IMG/VR virus record: IMGVR_UViG_3300025389_001063
Strand: one strand, 5' to 3'
Length of the DNA stretch: 64,000 bases
From: a virus
Lineage: Duplodnaviria; Caudoviricetes
In this document: one piece after another, positions 49,495-58,475 of the stretch
Position numbering within the stretch: position 1 is the stretch's first letter
How the letters are laid out: every line of letters begins with the position of its first letter
Program-made: the position numbers and the translations under genes
The notes under the pieces: generated by a model
The model's database searches: none
What the model was told of the DNA's origin: nothing
The model's input: the letters and a program-made list of their open reading frames with translations, nothing else

Positions 49495-50990
49495 TCACTT
49501 GGGGAATATCTGCTAACAGTCATGATGCTGCACTTGCAGTATTTGATGATGATCGATTGCTCTTTGCTAGTCATAGCGAACGATTCAGTGGAATTAAGAA
49601 CGATGGTCATTTAGACTATAAAATGATTAAATATGCTATACAACTAGCAGGTGAACCAGATCTAGTATGTTGGTACGAAAATCCTAATTGGAAATTTGCT
49701 AGACAAGTATATGCCGGTCAGAATGTAAAAGAGTGCTGGAATGATCGAAATATTAAAAATTATTTGGCTAGTTACGGTATACATGCTCCTATCAAATATT
49801 CCAACCATCACGAAGCACATGCCGCTGGAGCATTTTATACTAGTCCTTTTGATTCTTGCGCTGTTCTATGCATTGATTCTATAGGTGAATGGATTACTAC
49901 TTCTATCTGGACAGCAAATAAAGATAAAGGTCTTAAACAAATTTGGAAACAAGTATATCCTCATAGTATAGGACTTTGGTACTCTGCTATGACTCAACGT
50001 ATAGGTCTTAAACCTAACGAAGAAGAATATATCCTTATGGGTATGGCTGCTTTTGGTGATCCAAATAAACTATACGGTCGTATACTAGAAGACTTCTTTG
50101 AACCAGGCGATTGGAATGATGACTTTAGATTAAAACATAATTTACATCGTGGTTGTAAATGGTGGGCACCTGAATTAACAAGCGAACAAGATATATTTAA
50201 TATTGCCGCAGCAACACAAGCAATCTACGAAAGAAAATTTGGAGACTTGCTACTTAAGACAATGGTATTAACAGGTGCTAATAAAATAGCACTCGCAGGA
50301 GGTTGTGCTCTTAATTGTGTTGCTAACGATCTAGCACTAGAAGTATTCACTAATGTTTGGATTTATCCCAACCCAGGTGATGCTGGATCAAGTGTAGGTA
50401 CAGTACTAGCATATCGTAAACAAAAAATTGATTGGGAACATTGCTATTGGGGTTACGATATTCCAGGTCACTATCCCATTAAAGAAACATTAGAAGTTCT
50501 CTTAAAAGGTCTACCAGTTGGTGTAGCAAATGGACAAGCAGAGTTTGGCCCTAGAGCATTAGGTAATAGAAGTTTACTTGCTGATCCAAGATCAAATACA
50601 ATTAAAGACAAAGTAAATGAAATTAAGAGACGACAGAAGTTTAGACCGTTTGCTCCTGCTATCCTAGAAGAACATGCTAAGGATTACTTCCAATTAAACG
50701 GACACACATCTAGGTTTATGCAATATGCTGTACCTTGCTTACGCTCAAATGAGTTTCCTGCTATTATACATGTTGATCATACTAGTCGTGTTCAAACCGT
50801 TCCCGATAACGGAACTGGATTTCGTAAACTTCTCGAAGCATGGTATGAAGAAACAGGTTGTCCAATGCTACTCAATACTAGTTTAAACATTAAAGGTAAA
50901 CCGATGGTTAATGATAGTCTTGATGCTGAGGCATTTAGAAAACACTATAACGTACCAGTTCTTACTCATGCAAACACTTTGAAAAGATAA
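49491..50990 (+). CDS. Carbamoyltransferase (NodU/CmcH family)
   Basis: GISANSHDAA, SERFSG.K, HHEAHAAGAFY, EYILMGMA, AGGCALNC, EFGPRALGNRS, KRRQKFRPFAP, LLNTSLN. Confidence 0.93.
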   Translation: MITWGISANSHDAALAVFDDDRLLFASHSERFSGIKNDGHLDYKMIKYAIQLAGEPDLVCWYENPNWKFARQVYAGQNVKECWNDRNIKNYLASYGIHAPIKYSNHHEAHAAGAFYTSPFDSCAVLCIDSIGEWITTSIWTANKDKGLKQIWKQVYPHSIGLWYSAMTQRIGLKPNEEEYILMGMAAFGDPNKLYGRILEDFFEPGDWNDDFRLKHNLHRGCKWWAPELTSEQDIFNIAAATQAIYERKFGDLLLKTMVLTGANKIALAGGCALNCVANDLALEVFTNVWIYPNPGDAGSSVGTVLAYRKQKIDWEHCYWGYDIPGHYPIKETLEVLLKGLPVGVANGQAEFGPRALGNRSLLADPRSNTIKDKVNEIKRRQKFRPFAPAILEEHAKDYFQLNGHTSRFMQYAVPCLRSNEFPAIIHVDHTSRVQTVPDNGTGFRKLLEAWYEETGCPMLLNTSLNIKGKPMVNDSLDAEAFRKHYNVPVLTHANTLKR

Positions 50991-50993
50991 TCT

Positions 50994-51022
50994 TTTACTT
51001 AAACCAATCAAGGTACTATAAT
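50994..51022 (+). promoter_or_regulatory. Sigma70-like promoter of helicase, probably leaderless
   Basis: TTTACT-N17-TATAAT, ATG 5 nt later. Confidence 0.6.
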
Positions 51023-51027
51023 ACAAT

Positions 51028-52443
51028 ATGGCAGAGTACTCTTACGACATACAGAAACTTTATTTGGAGATGTTCTTAGCAGACGCAGAATCGTTTGTGA
51101 GAGTACAAAACATCTTTGATCCACAGTCATTTGATCGTAAACTACAACCAGTTGCAGAAAAACTTAAAGTATATGTAGACAAATATAAGGTAATGCCTGA
51201 ACTAAAAATTATTAAGGCAGATACTGGACTTGACTTACAAGATGCTACAGATGTTCCTAAGGAAAATTATGAATGGCTGCTTGATGAGTTTGAGAAGTTT
51301 GCTAGACATAAAGCCTTAGAACGTGCAATCCTCGAATGCGCAGACTTGCTTGGAAAAGGCGATTATGGTCCTGTAGAAGCAAAGATTAAGGCTGCGGTAC
51401 AAATTAGTCTTGCTAAAGATATGGGCACTGATTATTTCTTTGATCCGAGAAGTAGACTTCTGAAACTTAAAGATAATAATGGACAGGTATCTACTGGATG
51501 GAAGGCTATAGATCAAAAACTCTATGGCGGCTTTAATCGAGGAGAACTGAATATCTTTGCAGGTGGTTCTGGTGCTGGTAAGAGTTTGTTCCTACAGAAT
51601 CTTGCTGTTAACTTTTCTTCAGTTGGACTTAATGTTCTTTATGTCTCATTAGAACTTAGTGAAGAACTTACATCTATGCGTATTGATAGTATGATTACCG
51701 GTGTTACTACTAGAGAAATTTTTAAACAGATTGATGACGTTGAAATTAAAGTTAAAGTCGCAGGTAAAAAGGGCGGAGCAATACAAGTTAAGTATATGCC
51801 CAGTGGTAAGAATGTTAATGACTTAAGAGCATATGTAAAAGAATATTCAATTAGAAAAGGCTTCATGCCCGATGCTATCTTAATCGATTACTTAGATCTA
51901 TTAATGCCAATGGGCGTTAAAGTTAGTGCTGAAAACTTGTTTATTAAAGACAAATATGTATCAGAAGAACTTAGAAACTTTGGCATGGAGATTAAGGCAG
52001 TACTCGTAACAGCAAGTCAGTTAAACAGAGCAGCAGTTGAAGAAGTTGAATTTGATCACAGTCATATTAGTGGCGGACTTAGTAAGATACAGACAGCAGA
52101 TAATGTTATTGGTATCTTTACAAGTAGAGCAATGAGAGAACGTGGACGTTATCAAATTCAATTTATGAAGACAAGATCCTCTAGTGGTGTTGGACAGAAA
52201 GTTGATCTAGCTTTTGATCCAGATACACTGAGAATTAGTGATTGCGACGATGACGATGACGATATGAATCAGTCAGGTGGTCGTAGCAAGATTGCTGATA
52301 GTATTAAAAGTAGAACTACGGTAACACCAAATACTCCGGCAAATGATCCAATTAAGGATATGGCTAAAATTAGAGCAACAACAGGTAGTAGCAAATTAAG
52401 AGAACTATTAGGAAATTTGAATAATAACGAAGACGATCTATAA
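51028..52443 (+). CDS. gp41: Replicative DnaB-like helicase (T4 gp41-like)
   Basis: AGGSGAGKS, YVSLEL, IDYLDL, TASQLNR, KTRSS. Confidence 0.92.
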   Translation: MAEYSYDIQKLYLEMFLADAESFVRVQNIFDPQSFDRKLQPVAEKLKVYVDKYKVMPELKIIKADTGLDLQDATDVPKENYEWLLDEFEKFARHKALERAILECADLLGKGDYGPVEAKIKAAVQISLAKDMGTDYFFDPRSRLLKLKDNNGQVSTGWKAIDQKLYGGFNRGELNIFAGGSGAGKSLFLQNLAVNFSSVGLNVLYVSLELSEELTSMRIDSMITGVTTREIFKQIDDVEIKVKVAGKKGGAIQVKYMPSGKNVNDLRAYVKEYSIRKGFMPDAILIDYLDLLMPMGVKVSAENLFIKDKYVSEELRNFGMEIKAVLVTASQLNRAAVEEVEFDHSHISGGLSKIQTADNVIGIFTSRAMRERGRYQIQFMKTRSSSGVGQKVDLAFDPDTLRISDCDDDDDDMNQSGGRSKIADSIKSRTTVTPNTPANDPIKDMAKIRATTGSSKLRELLGNLNNNEDDL

Positions 52444-52451
52444 ATATTCCC

Positions 52452-53114
52452 ATGACTATACAAATCTTTGGCGATAGTGCTACAAGACATTTTAGAATGC
52501 TTAAAGACAGTTGGATTGAAAAACTGTCAAAAAAATTAGGTCAAGATCTTTTTATCTACGGAAAAGTAATTGGAGATCTGAATATATTATACGCTGCATA
52601 CTATCATCAAAAAAATAATATTAAAGATAATGATGTAGTTATTATATGCTTGTCAGTTATTGAAAATACATTAGACGAATCAGAATTACTTCGCTTTATA
52701 ATAGATCTAAATAATCTTTCGAAAGAAAAAAACTTAAAGACAATAGTCTTTACCCTTTTCGATACTGTTAATAATTTTTTAGATCCAATTAAAGATCAAT
52801 ATCCCTATATACACTTCGCTCATGGAAAATATAGTGATGTTGCAAGAAATGAATGGAAATCAGAACATCTCGAACAACAAGGTTACGAATGGTTAATATT
52901 TCACGACATTAGAGTTAATCATATGATTAAATCAAATCATAAAATATTATTCAAAAAAATTATGAACTTTATTAATAATAACACTCCTATTGATCTTACT
53001 GATGGATTTAAAAAAGAAATTATAGATATAGATCTACTTAATAATGAAGAATTTCAAAAAGATGAACTGTTTAATGGATTTGTTACAAGAGCAGTTGGAA
53101 TACAATCAAAATGA
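52452..53114 (+). CDS. SGNH-hydrolase-like paralogue 1 (internally shortened)
   Basis: IFGDS; DIRVNHMIKSNH; lacks RRWFF segment; TATAAATA 5 nt upstream. Confidence 0.65.
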   Translation: MTIQIFGDSATRHFRMLKDSWIEKLSKKLGQDLFIYGKVIGDLNILYAAYYHQKNNIKDNDVVIICLSVIENTLDESELLRFIIDLNNLSKEKNLKTIVFTLFDTVNNFLDPIKDQYPYIHFAHGKYSDVARNEWKSEHLEQQGYEWLIFHDIRVNHMIKSNHKILFKKIMNFINNNTPIDLTDGFKKEIIDIDLLNNEEFQKDELFNGFVTRAVGIQSK

Positions 53115-53854
53115 CTATTTGGACCTTTGGCGATAGCTTTTCAAAACATTTTGAACATTTACCCGATAGTTGGGTTGAACGAACATCTAAATTATTAAAA
53201 CAAGATGTAAAATCTTATTCTAAACCACTGTCAACTCTTGAATATATGTTTTACAAATTTAACGAGGAAAGAGACAATATACAAGATAACGATATTGTTA
53301 TAATTACAGTCACTACTTTAATAAGAAGGTGGTTCTTTAAAGATTATCCATTTAGAGTTTTAGATCTCACTGAAGATCAAATTAATGCATTTCAAAATTA
53401 TATGAAATATCTAAGTCATTTTGACGAAATGCATAAAACATTTCTAATCAATTTTTTATACAACTTAAATCATTTTACAGAAAAGAAAAATCTTCATACT
53501 ATCATCTTACCAAACTTTTTTGATTTTGATTCACTGCTTGCCGATCTATATAGAAATAATGAAATTCCAGCATTACATATAGCAAGAGGAAGAATAGGAA
53601 TTATTAGCGATTATGAATTTAAATCAGATATAGTAGCCATGAGTGGTGTTGATTGGTTTATGAAAAGTGATATTAGATTTAATCATTTAATTAAATCAAA
53701 TCATAAAATTCTATCAGATAAGATTATTGATAATATTAAAAATAAAACTCCCATTGATCTAAACAATCAAATGATACAGGGTGTACTTGATAATAGATTA
53801 CTAACAGACCCCATAGTATTCAAAGACGAATTGTTCGAAGGAGCAATAAAGTGA
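53111..53854 (+). CDS. SGNH-hydrolase-like paralogue 2
   Basis: WTFGDSF; RRWFFKD; DIRFNHLIKSNH. Confidence 0.7.
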   Translation: MTIWTFGDSFSKHFEHLPDSWVERTSKLLKQDVKSYSKPLSTLEYMFYKFNEERDNIQDNDIVIITVTTLIRRWFFKDYPFRVLDLTEDQINAFQNYMKYLSHFDEMHKTFLINFLYNLNHFTEKKNLHTIILPNFFDFDSLLADLYRNNEIPALHIARGRIGIISDYEFKSDIVAMSGVDWFMKSDIRFNHLIKSNHKILSDKIIDNIKNKTPIDLNNQMIQGVLDNRLLTDPIVFKDELFEGAIK

Positions 53855-54606
53855 CTATGTGGATCTTTGGTGATTGTCCCGCTAGATATTTTAAATACTT
53901 GCCCGATAGTTGGATACAGAATGTTGCTACTACTTTAAATCAAAAAGTAATTAGTTGCGTTAAAACTAGATCAAGTTTAGAATATACTTACTATAGGTTT
54001 AATCAAAAAGAATCAGATATAAAAGAAAATGATATTATCATAATGTCTCTTAATACCCTTGAGAAAAGATGGTTTTTTGAAGATCCTATCTTAGATCCAG
54101 GCGAACCGGGAACAGAGAAAAAGACAAAAGCAATTAAAAACTATTATAGATACTTGTGGTTCTTAGAAGAAATAACTGAAGTATATTTTACAAACTTTTT
54201 ATATCACTTAGATTACTTTGCTTTAAAAAAAAATGTACATATTATAGTACTTCCAAATTTTATCGATGCTGACAATATAGTGAGAAAATATCAAAAAGAA
54301 TTAAAAAATTTACACTTTCCAATTGGTAAATTTGGGGATTTGTCAAAGGAAGAATGGAAAACAGAATTCCTAAACAAATATGGCCCAGGATGGTTTGCTA
54401 AAAATGATGTGAGAGTTAATCATGCAATTAAATCAAATCATATCATTATGAAAGATAAAGTAATTGATAATATACTATATAAAAAACCTATAGATCTTAC
54501 ACAAGGATTTATTATTAATATATTAGATGATAAAGTTATACAAGATCCTGACTTTATTAAAAATGAACTATTTGATGGCTTTATGGCAAAAGCTCGAGGA
54601 GAATAA
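53851..54606 (+). CDS. SGNH-hydrolase-like paralogue 3 (Ser replaced by Cys)
   Basis: WIFGDCP; KRWFFED; DVRVNHAIKSNH; GTG start. Confidence 0.7.
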   Translation: MTMWIFGDCPARYFKYLPDSWIQNVATTLNQKVISCVKTRSSLEYTYYRFNQKESDIKENDIIIMSLNTLEKRWFFEDPILDPGEPGTEKKTKAIKNYYRYLWFLEEITEVYFTNFLYHLDYFALKKNVHIIVLPNFIDADNIVRKYQKELKNLHFPIGKFGDLSKEEWKTEFLNKYGPGWFAKNDVRVNHAIKSNHIIMKDKVIDNILYKKPIDLTQGFIINILDDKVIQDPDFIKNELFDGFMAKARGE

Positions 54607-54607
54607 A

Positions 54608-55348
54608 ATGACACTATGGGTATTCGGTGATAGCTTTGCACAGATGAAAGATAATACTCCAGAACAATGGATGCAGAAAGCAGCAACAGATCTAGGAACT
54701 ACACCTTGGTCGATGGGACTTAATGGATCTAGTTTGGAATTCACTTATCATAGGTTTAATATTGCTAGAAAAAAGATTGAAGGAAATGACGTTGTAGTGC
54801 TTGTACTTACTGGACTAGATCGTCGTTGGTTCTTTAAAGATTTTCCTGGACATAATAGTAATACTAGCCCTAGAGGTGATAAGAAAGAAACTAAGGCAAT
54901 AGAACTATACAGAGAACACTTAGACTTTAATCCCGATGTACATAAAGTTTATCTAATCGATTTTCTTTTTAATGTACATGCACTAACTGAAAAATTAAAT
55001 CTTCATACTATTATAATAGCAAACTTTTTAGACGTATATGACTTCCTTTTAGATAAAAGAAATAGATTCCCGTTATTCAACTTTGCTAACGGTATACTTC
55101 TCGATGTTAGTATGTACGAATATACTTACGAATTTTTTGATAAAGATAATCAAGGAAAAACTTACGGTGATAACGATCGTAGATTAAATCACTTATTGAA
55201 AACTAATCATTTGATACTTGCTAAAAAAATTGTTGAAAATGTTAAAAATAAAACTACTATCGATCTTACAACTGAATTTGAAAAACACTTAATGTCTGAA
55301 GATGCAGTTAATGATCCAACCTTTTCTAAAAACGAACTGTTTCAATGA
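54608..55348 (+). CDS. SGNH-hydrolase-like paralogue 4
   Basis: WVFGDSF; GLNGSS; RRWFFKD; DRRLNHLLKTNH; start Met 54608. Confidence 0.7.
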   Translation: MTLWVFGDSFAQMKDNTPEQWMQKAATDLGTTPWSMGLNGSSLEFTYHRFNIARKKIEGNDVVVLVLTGLDRRWFFKDFPGHNSNTSPRGDKKETKAIELYREHLDFNPDVHKVYLIDFLFNVHALTEKLNLHTIIIANFLDVYDFLLDKRNRFPLFNFANGILLDVSMYEYTYEFFDKDNQGKTYGDNDRRLNHLLKTNHLILAKKIVENVKNKTTIDLTTEFEKHLMSEDAVNDPTFSKNELFQ

Positions 55349-56127
55349 TATGGGTGTTTGGCGATAGTTATGCTCATCAATATCCCGGTCTTCAAGACCA
55401 ATGGATGAATAGAATAGCAAGAGAACTCGATCAAGATATTAAATGCTTTGGACTGGTTGGATCTAGTGCTGAATACACTTATACAAAATTTTACGAATAC
55501 GAACAAAATATCAATTATAAAGATATCGTTATAATAACACTTACTACACATAGCAGAAGATGGTTTTTTAAATCATATCCCGAACATACTGCTACTCCGG
55601 ATACAGATACTAAAGGTTACACTTGTACACAAACTAGCCCCACTAATAATCTAAAAGAAAACGAAGCATTAGAATACTTTACAAAATATCTTTATAACGA
55701 AGATGCTTACTTAGAATATGTTACTAATTTTCTATATCACTTAGATTACTTAACACAAAAAAAATATCTCCACACTATCGTTCTTATTAATTTTTACGAT
55801 ACAGATAATTGGATTAAAAATAAAAAATCTCTGTGGCCCAATATACAGTTTAGTATTGATAAATTGGTTACTCCTAGTTTTGATGAATACTCTAAAGATT
55901 TCTTTTATAATTACGACTTTTCAGCAGGTATTAAAGATATTAGAGTTAATCACTTTATAAAATCAAATCATATCATACTGGCAAAGAAAATAATTGATAA
56001 TATCAATAATAATATATCAATCGATTTAACAAATGGCTTTATAAAAAATGTCATTACTGTTGATAAAATTAAAGATCAAAACTGGATAAAAAACGAAACT
56101 TTTAATCTCGCTGTGATGGTCTTTTAG
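55345..56127 (+). CDS. SGNH-hydrolase-like paralogue 5
   Basis: WVFGDSY; GLVGSS; RRWFFKS; DIRVNHFIKSNH. Confidence 0.7.
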   Translation: MIWVFGDSYAHQYPGLQDQWMNRIARELDQDIKCFGLVGSSAEYTYTKFYEYEQNINYKDIVIITLTTHSRRWFFKSYPEHTATPDTDTKGYTCTQTSPTNNLKENEALEYFTKYLYNEDAYLEYVTNFLYHLDYLTQKKYLHTIVLINFYDTDNWIKNKKSLWPNIQFSIDKLVTPSFDEYSKDFFYNYDFSAGIKDIRVNHFIKSNHIILAKKIIDNINNNISIDLTNGFIKNVITVDKIKDQNWIKNETFNLAVMVF

Positions 56128-56470
56128 TAGGCTTAAACTTTGCTACTGGACTCTTGGTATTAGTGCCTTGTAACTCTTTACTATCACCTGCACTAGATTC
56201 TTTATGGTTGATGCCTCTTAACTTGGTAACAACATCAATCATTTTGGCTTCTTCTTTAGTATAAGCAGTCATACAAGGACTGTCTTGTAATGGCTGACTT
56301 AATGATGGTTCTTCTACTTTACCATCAGAACCTACTTGTGCCATGTCTAAACTCATACGGTAGAATCTATAATATTGATCCATACCCGGAAAATATGTAG
56401 CACGGGTTAACGATGGATCAGTAAAATCCAACTTACGGGTTGTTTCATTTATAAATTCTCGTGCTCGCAT
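56102..56470 (-). CDS. Late protein with MRAREFINE N-terminus (possible internal head protein)
   Basis: TAAATA 4 nt upstream of ATG; I-x-E motif at N-terminus. Confidence 0.55.
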   Translation of the reverse strand: MRAREFINETTRKLDFTDPSLTRATYFPGMDQYYRFYRMSLDMAQVGSDGKVEEPSLSQPLQDSPCMTAYTKEEAKMIDVVTKLRGINHKESSAGDSKELQGTNTKSPVAKFKPTKRPSQRD

Positions 56471-56477
56471 ATAGTAT

Positions 56478-56825
56478 TTATTCTATTTCACTAGAGCCGT
56501 ATAACTCTGGATGATTAGCACAATATAACTTGACTAATATACCCGCAGCATACGTGGCTTCAATTTCTAGGTCAACATGACTCTTTGTTGACCCTACTTC
56601 ATTCTGACGGTGATGGGTTAACTCATGAGCAATGGTCCTCAAAATATCAACTATGTTACGACCATACACTTCAACAGTTGTTGAGTTTTTATCTGGATAA
56701 TATATCCCAAAAGTTTTATTACTTGTGGCAAAATTAGGGTCGTTGTCTATACGTACTTCTGGTATCTTATCCATACGTAACTTCTTGGCAACAAACTTTA
56801 CAAATTCATTAATAACTTTATCCAT
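56478..56825 (-). CDS. Small HExxH (zincin-like) protein
   Basis: DILRTIAHELTHHRQNE with downstream EIEA; TAAATA 4 nt upstream. Confidence 0.6.
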   Translation of the reverse strand: MDKVINEFVKFVAKKLRMDKIPEVRIDNDPNFATSNKTFGIYYPDKNSTTVEVYGRNIVDILRTIAHELTHHRQNEVGSTKSHVDLEIEATYAAGILVKLYCANHPELYGSSEIE

Positions 56826-56848
56826 AATGTATTTATTTTAAATAACAC

Positions 56849-57613
56849 ATGACTGTTTGGGTGTTTGGTGATAGCTTTGTAGATATACAACCTAATAGGG
56901 GAAACGTTTGGCCCCTCTTGATTGCACAAAAATTAAATCAAAATTTGAATTGCTTTGGCCAAGGTGGATCAGCTATAGAATATACATATTATCAATTTAA
57001 TGTTAATAGAGAATATATTAAAAATAACGATGTTGTAATCGTGGCACTAACTGATACTAATCGTCGTTGGTTCTTTAAAGATAAACCTGCTAATGCTGTC
57101 GATATCTATCAAAATACTAATGATGCTTACAAATATTACGCACTATATCTCGCAAATAATAACGAGATAATACCTACATATCTTATTAACTTTGTGGAAA
57201 ATTTAGAATACTTAAGAAAAAAATTAAACTGTCATATTATTGTAATTCCTTGCTTTGAAGTTATAGATAATATAATTAAACAAGGTAAAGCAGATTATCC
57301 ATATATAAACTTCAGCAACGGACATCTTTTTGATGTAAGCTATAAGGAATTTGATTTAAAATTTATACAGAGTTACGGATTATTAAAATATGCTAGAAAT
57401 GATCTTAGACCCAATCATATGATTAAATCAAATCATATCATACTGGCAGATAAGATCGTGAATAATATAAAAAATCAAGAACCCATTGTGTTTGATACTT
57501 TTGTCAAATATGTGCTGAATGAACACAATTTAACTAACAAAGAATACAGTATAAATGAATTATATAATGCACACTTAAATGAAGAACTTTGGAACTTCCA
57601 TCAATTTGGTTGA
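56849..57613 (+). CDS. SGNH-hydrolase-like paralogue 6
   Basis: WVFGDSF; GQGGSA; RRWFFKD; DLRPNHMIKSNH; TAAATA 4 nt upstream. Confidence 0.7.
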   Translation: MTVWVFGDSFVDIQPNRGNVWPLLIAQKLNQNLNCFGQGGSAIEYTYYQFNVNREYIKNNDVVIVALTDTNRRWFFKDKPANAVDIYQNTNDAYKYYALYLANNNEIIPTYLINFVENLEYLRKKLNCHIIVIPCFEVIDNIIKQGKADYPYINFSNGHLFDVSYKEFDLKFIQSYGLLKYARNDLRPNHMIKSNHIILADKIVNNIKNQEPIVFDTFVKYVLNEHNLTNKEYSINELYNAHLNEELWNFHQFG

Positions 57614-57756
57614 CGATGTCTGACTTGTGTTTTCTTGACTATGCGCTCACGATCAAGATTAAGAATAGGATCAAAATAAACAATACGAAAATCCTCCCCT
57701 AAATCAGAAAGAACTTCACACTCTATCCATTGGTTGTTAATTGATACTTCCCACAA
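57601..57756 (-). CDS. Small protein (51 aa, TTG start), paralogue of adjacent gene; absent from ORF track
   Basis: MWEVSINNQWIECEVLSDLGEDFRIVYFDP... aligns with MWLYHEDDDWVECELLHEF... Confidence 0.6.
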   Translation of the reverse strand: MWEVSINNQWIECEVLSDLGEDFRIVYFDPILNLDRERIVKKTQVRHRQPN

Positions 57757-57902
57757 TCCACTACTTCCTTTATATCATCCCTAGATACTACTTTTTCTAT
57801 ATGATGAAAATCACTGTCATGATACTTAATTTGATAGTGCTCTAAAAATTCATGCAATAACTCACACTCAACCCAATCATCATCCTCATGGTATAACCAC
57901 AT
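57723..57902 (-). CDS. Small hypothetical protein (59 aa)
   Basis: GAGGAG 8 nt before ATG 57902. Confidence 0.6.
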   Translation of the reverse strand: MWLYHEDDDWVECELLHEFLEHYQIKYHDSDFHHIEKVVSRDDIKEVVDCGKYQLTTNG

Positions 57903-57998
57903 CAGTCTCTCTCCTCGGAACCCAAGCCCCCGCACAGCCGCGAAGCGGTAGCGCGGTTTTTAAACAAAAATTTCTATGCATAATATATATGCATTTAA

Positions 57999-58400
57999 TT
58001 ACTTTTTTGCGGGCGTAAAGAGTAACCACAAAGATACTAACAAATCAATCGCAACTAAACAATAAGTCACAATACTCTCGGGCTCCCCATAACTATGTAT
58101 ACTCGTTACTAACCATAATCCACTTATCCACCATATATGTACAGTGTCAAGCCCCATGGAACGTAGACGCTTGATTACTAACACTACTGATGTATATGCG
58201 GCGTTGCTTAAGGCTAATAACAGTAAAGATATACTTAATACTACAAAGAAAGAGCCTTCTGAATCTAATACTGGATTGATCAAGGCTAATAAAATACAAC
58301 TGACTAACGACGATAATAAACCATACATGAAATACTCTAATCGACCTAATGAACCATCCCAACTATACATGGTATTGAATACATTCCGCAATTGATCCAT
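57999..58400 (-). CDS. DUF805-like inner-membrane protein
   Basis: GSLGRLEYF, VIKRLRSMG and final LLFTP motifs; hydrophobic helices; GAGGAG 7 nt before ATG 58400. Confidence 0.7.
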   Translation of the reverse strand: MDQLRNVFNTMYSWDGSLGRLEYFMYGLLSSLVSCILLALINPVLDSEGSFFVVLSISLLLLALSNAAYTSVVLVIKRLRSMGLDTVHIWWISGLWLVTSIHSYGEPESIVTYCLVAIDLLVSLWLLFTPAKK

Positions 58401-58475
58401 AAAATTGCTCCTCATATTAGTGCTTATAAATATAACACAAATTTAATTAAAACACAATATTATTTGGAGTTTATA

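Noticed and set aside
29228-52443. Inteins or introns in terminase, UvsX, UvsW, primase or helicase
   Set aside because: Lengths are ordinary and motifs are contiguous; no C1...HN splice signatures
58144-58475. Plus-strand ORFs 58144-58395, 58147-58362 and the 5' extension of 58392-59249
   Set aside because: Antisense to the DUF805-like gene; the paralogue alignment places the SGNH start at 58476
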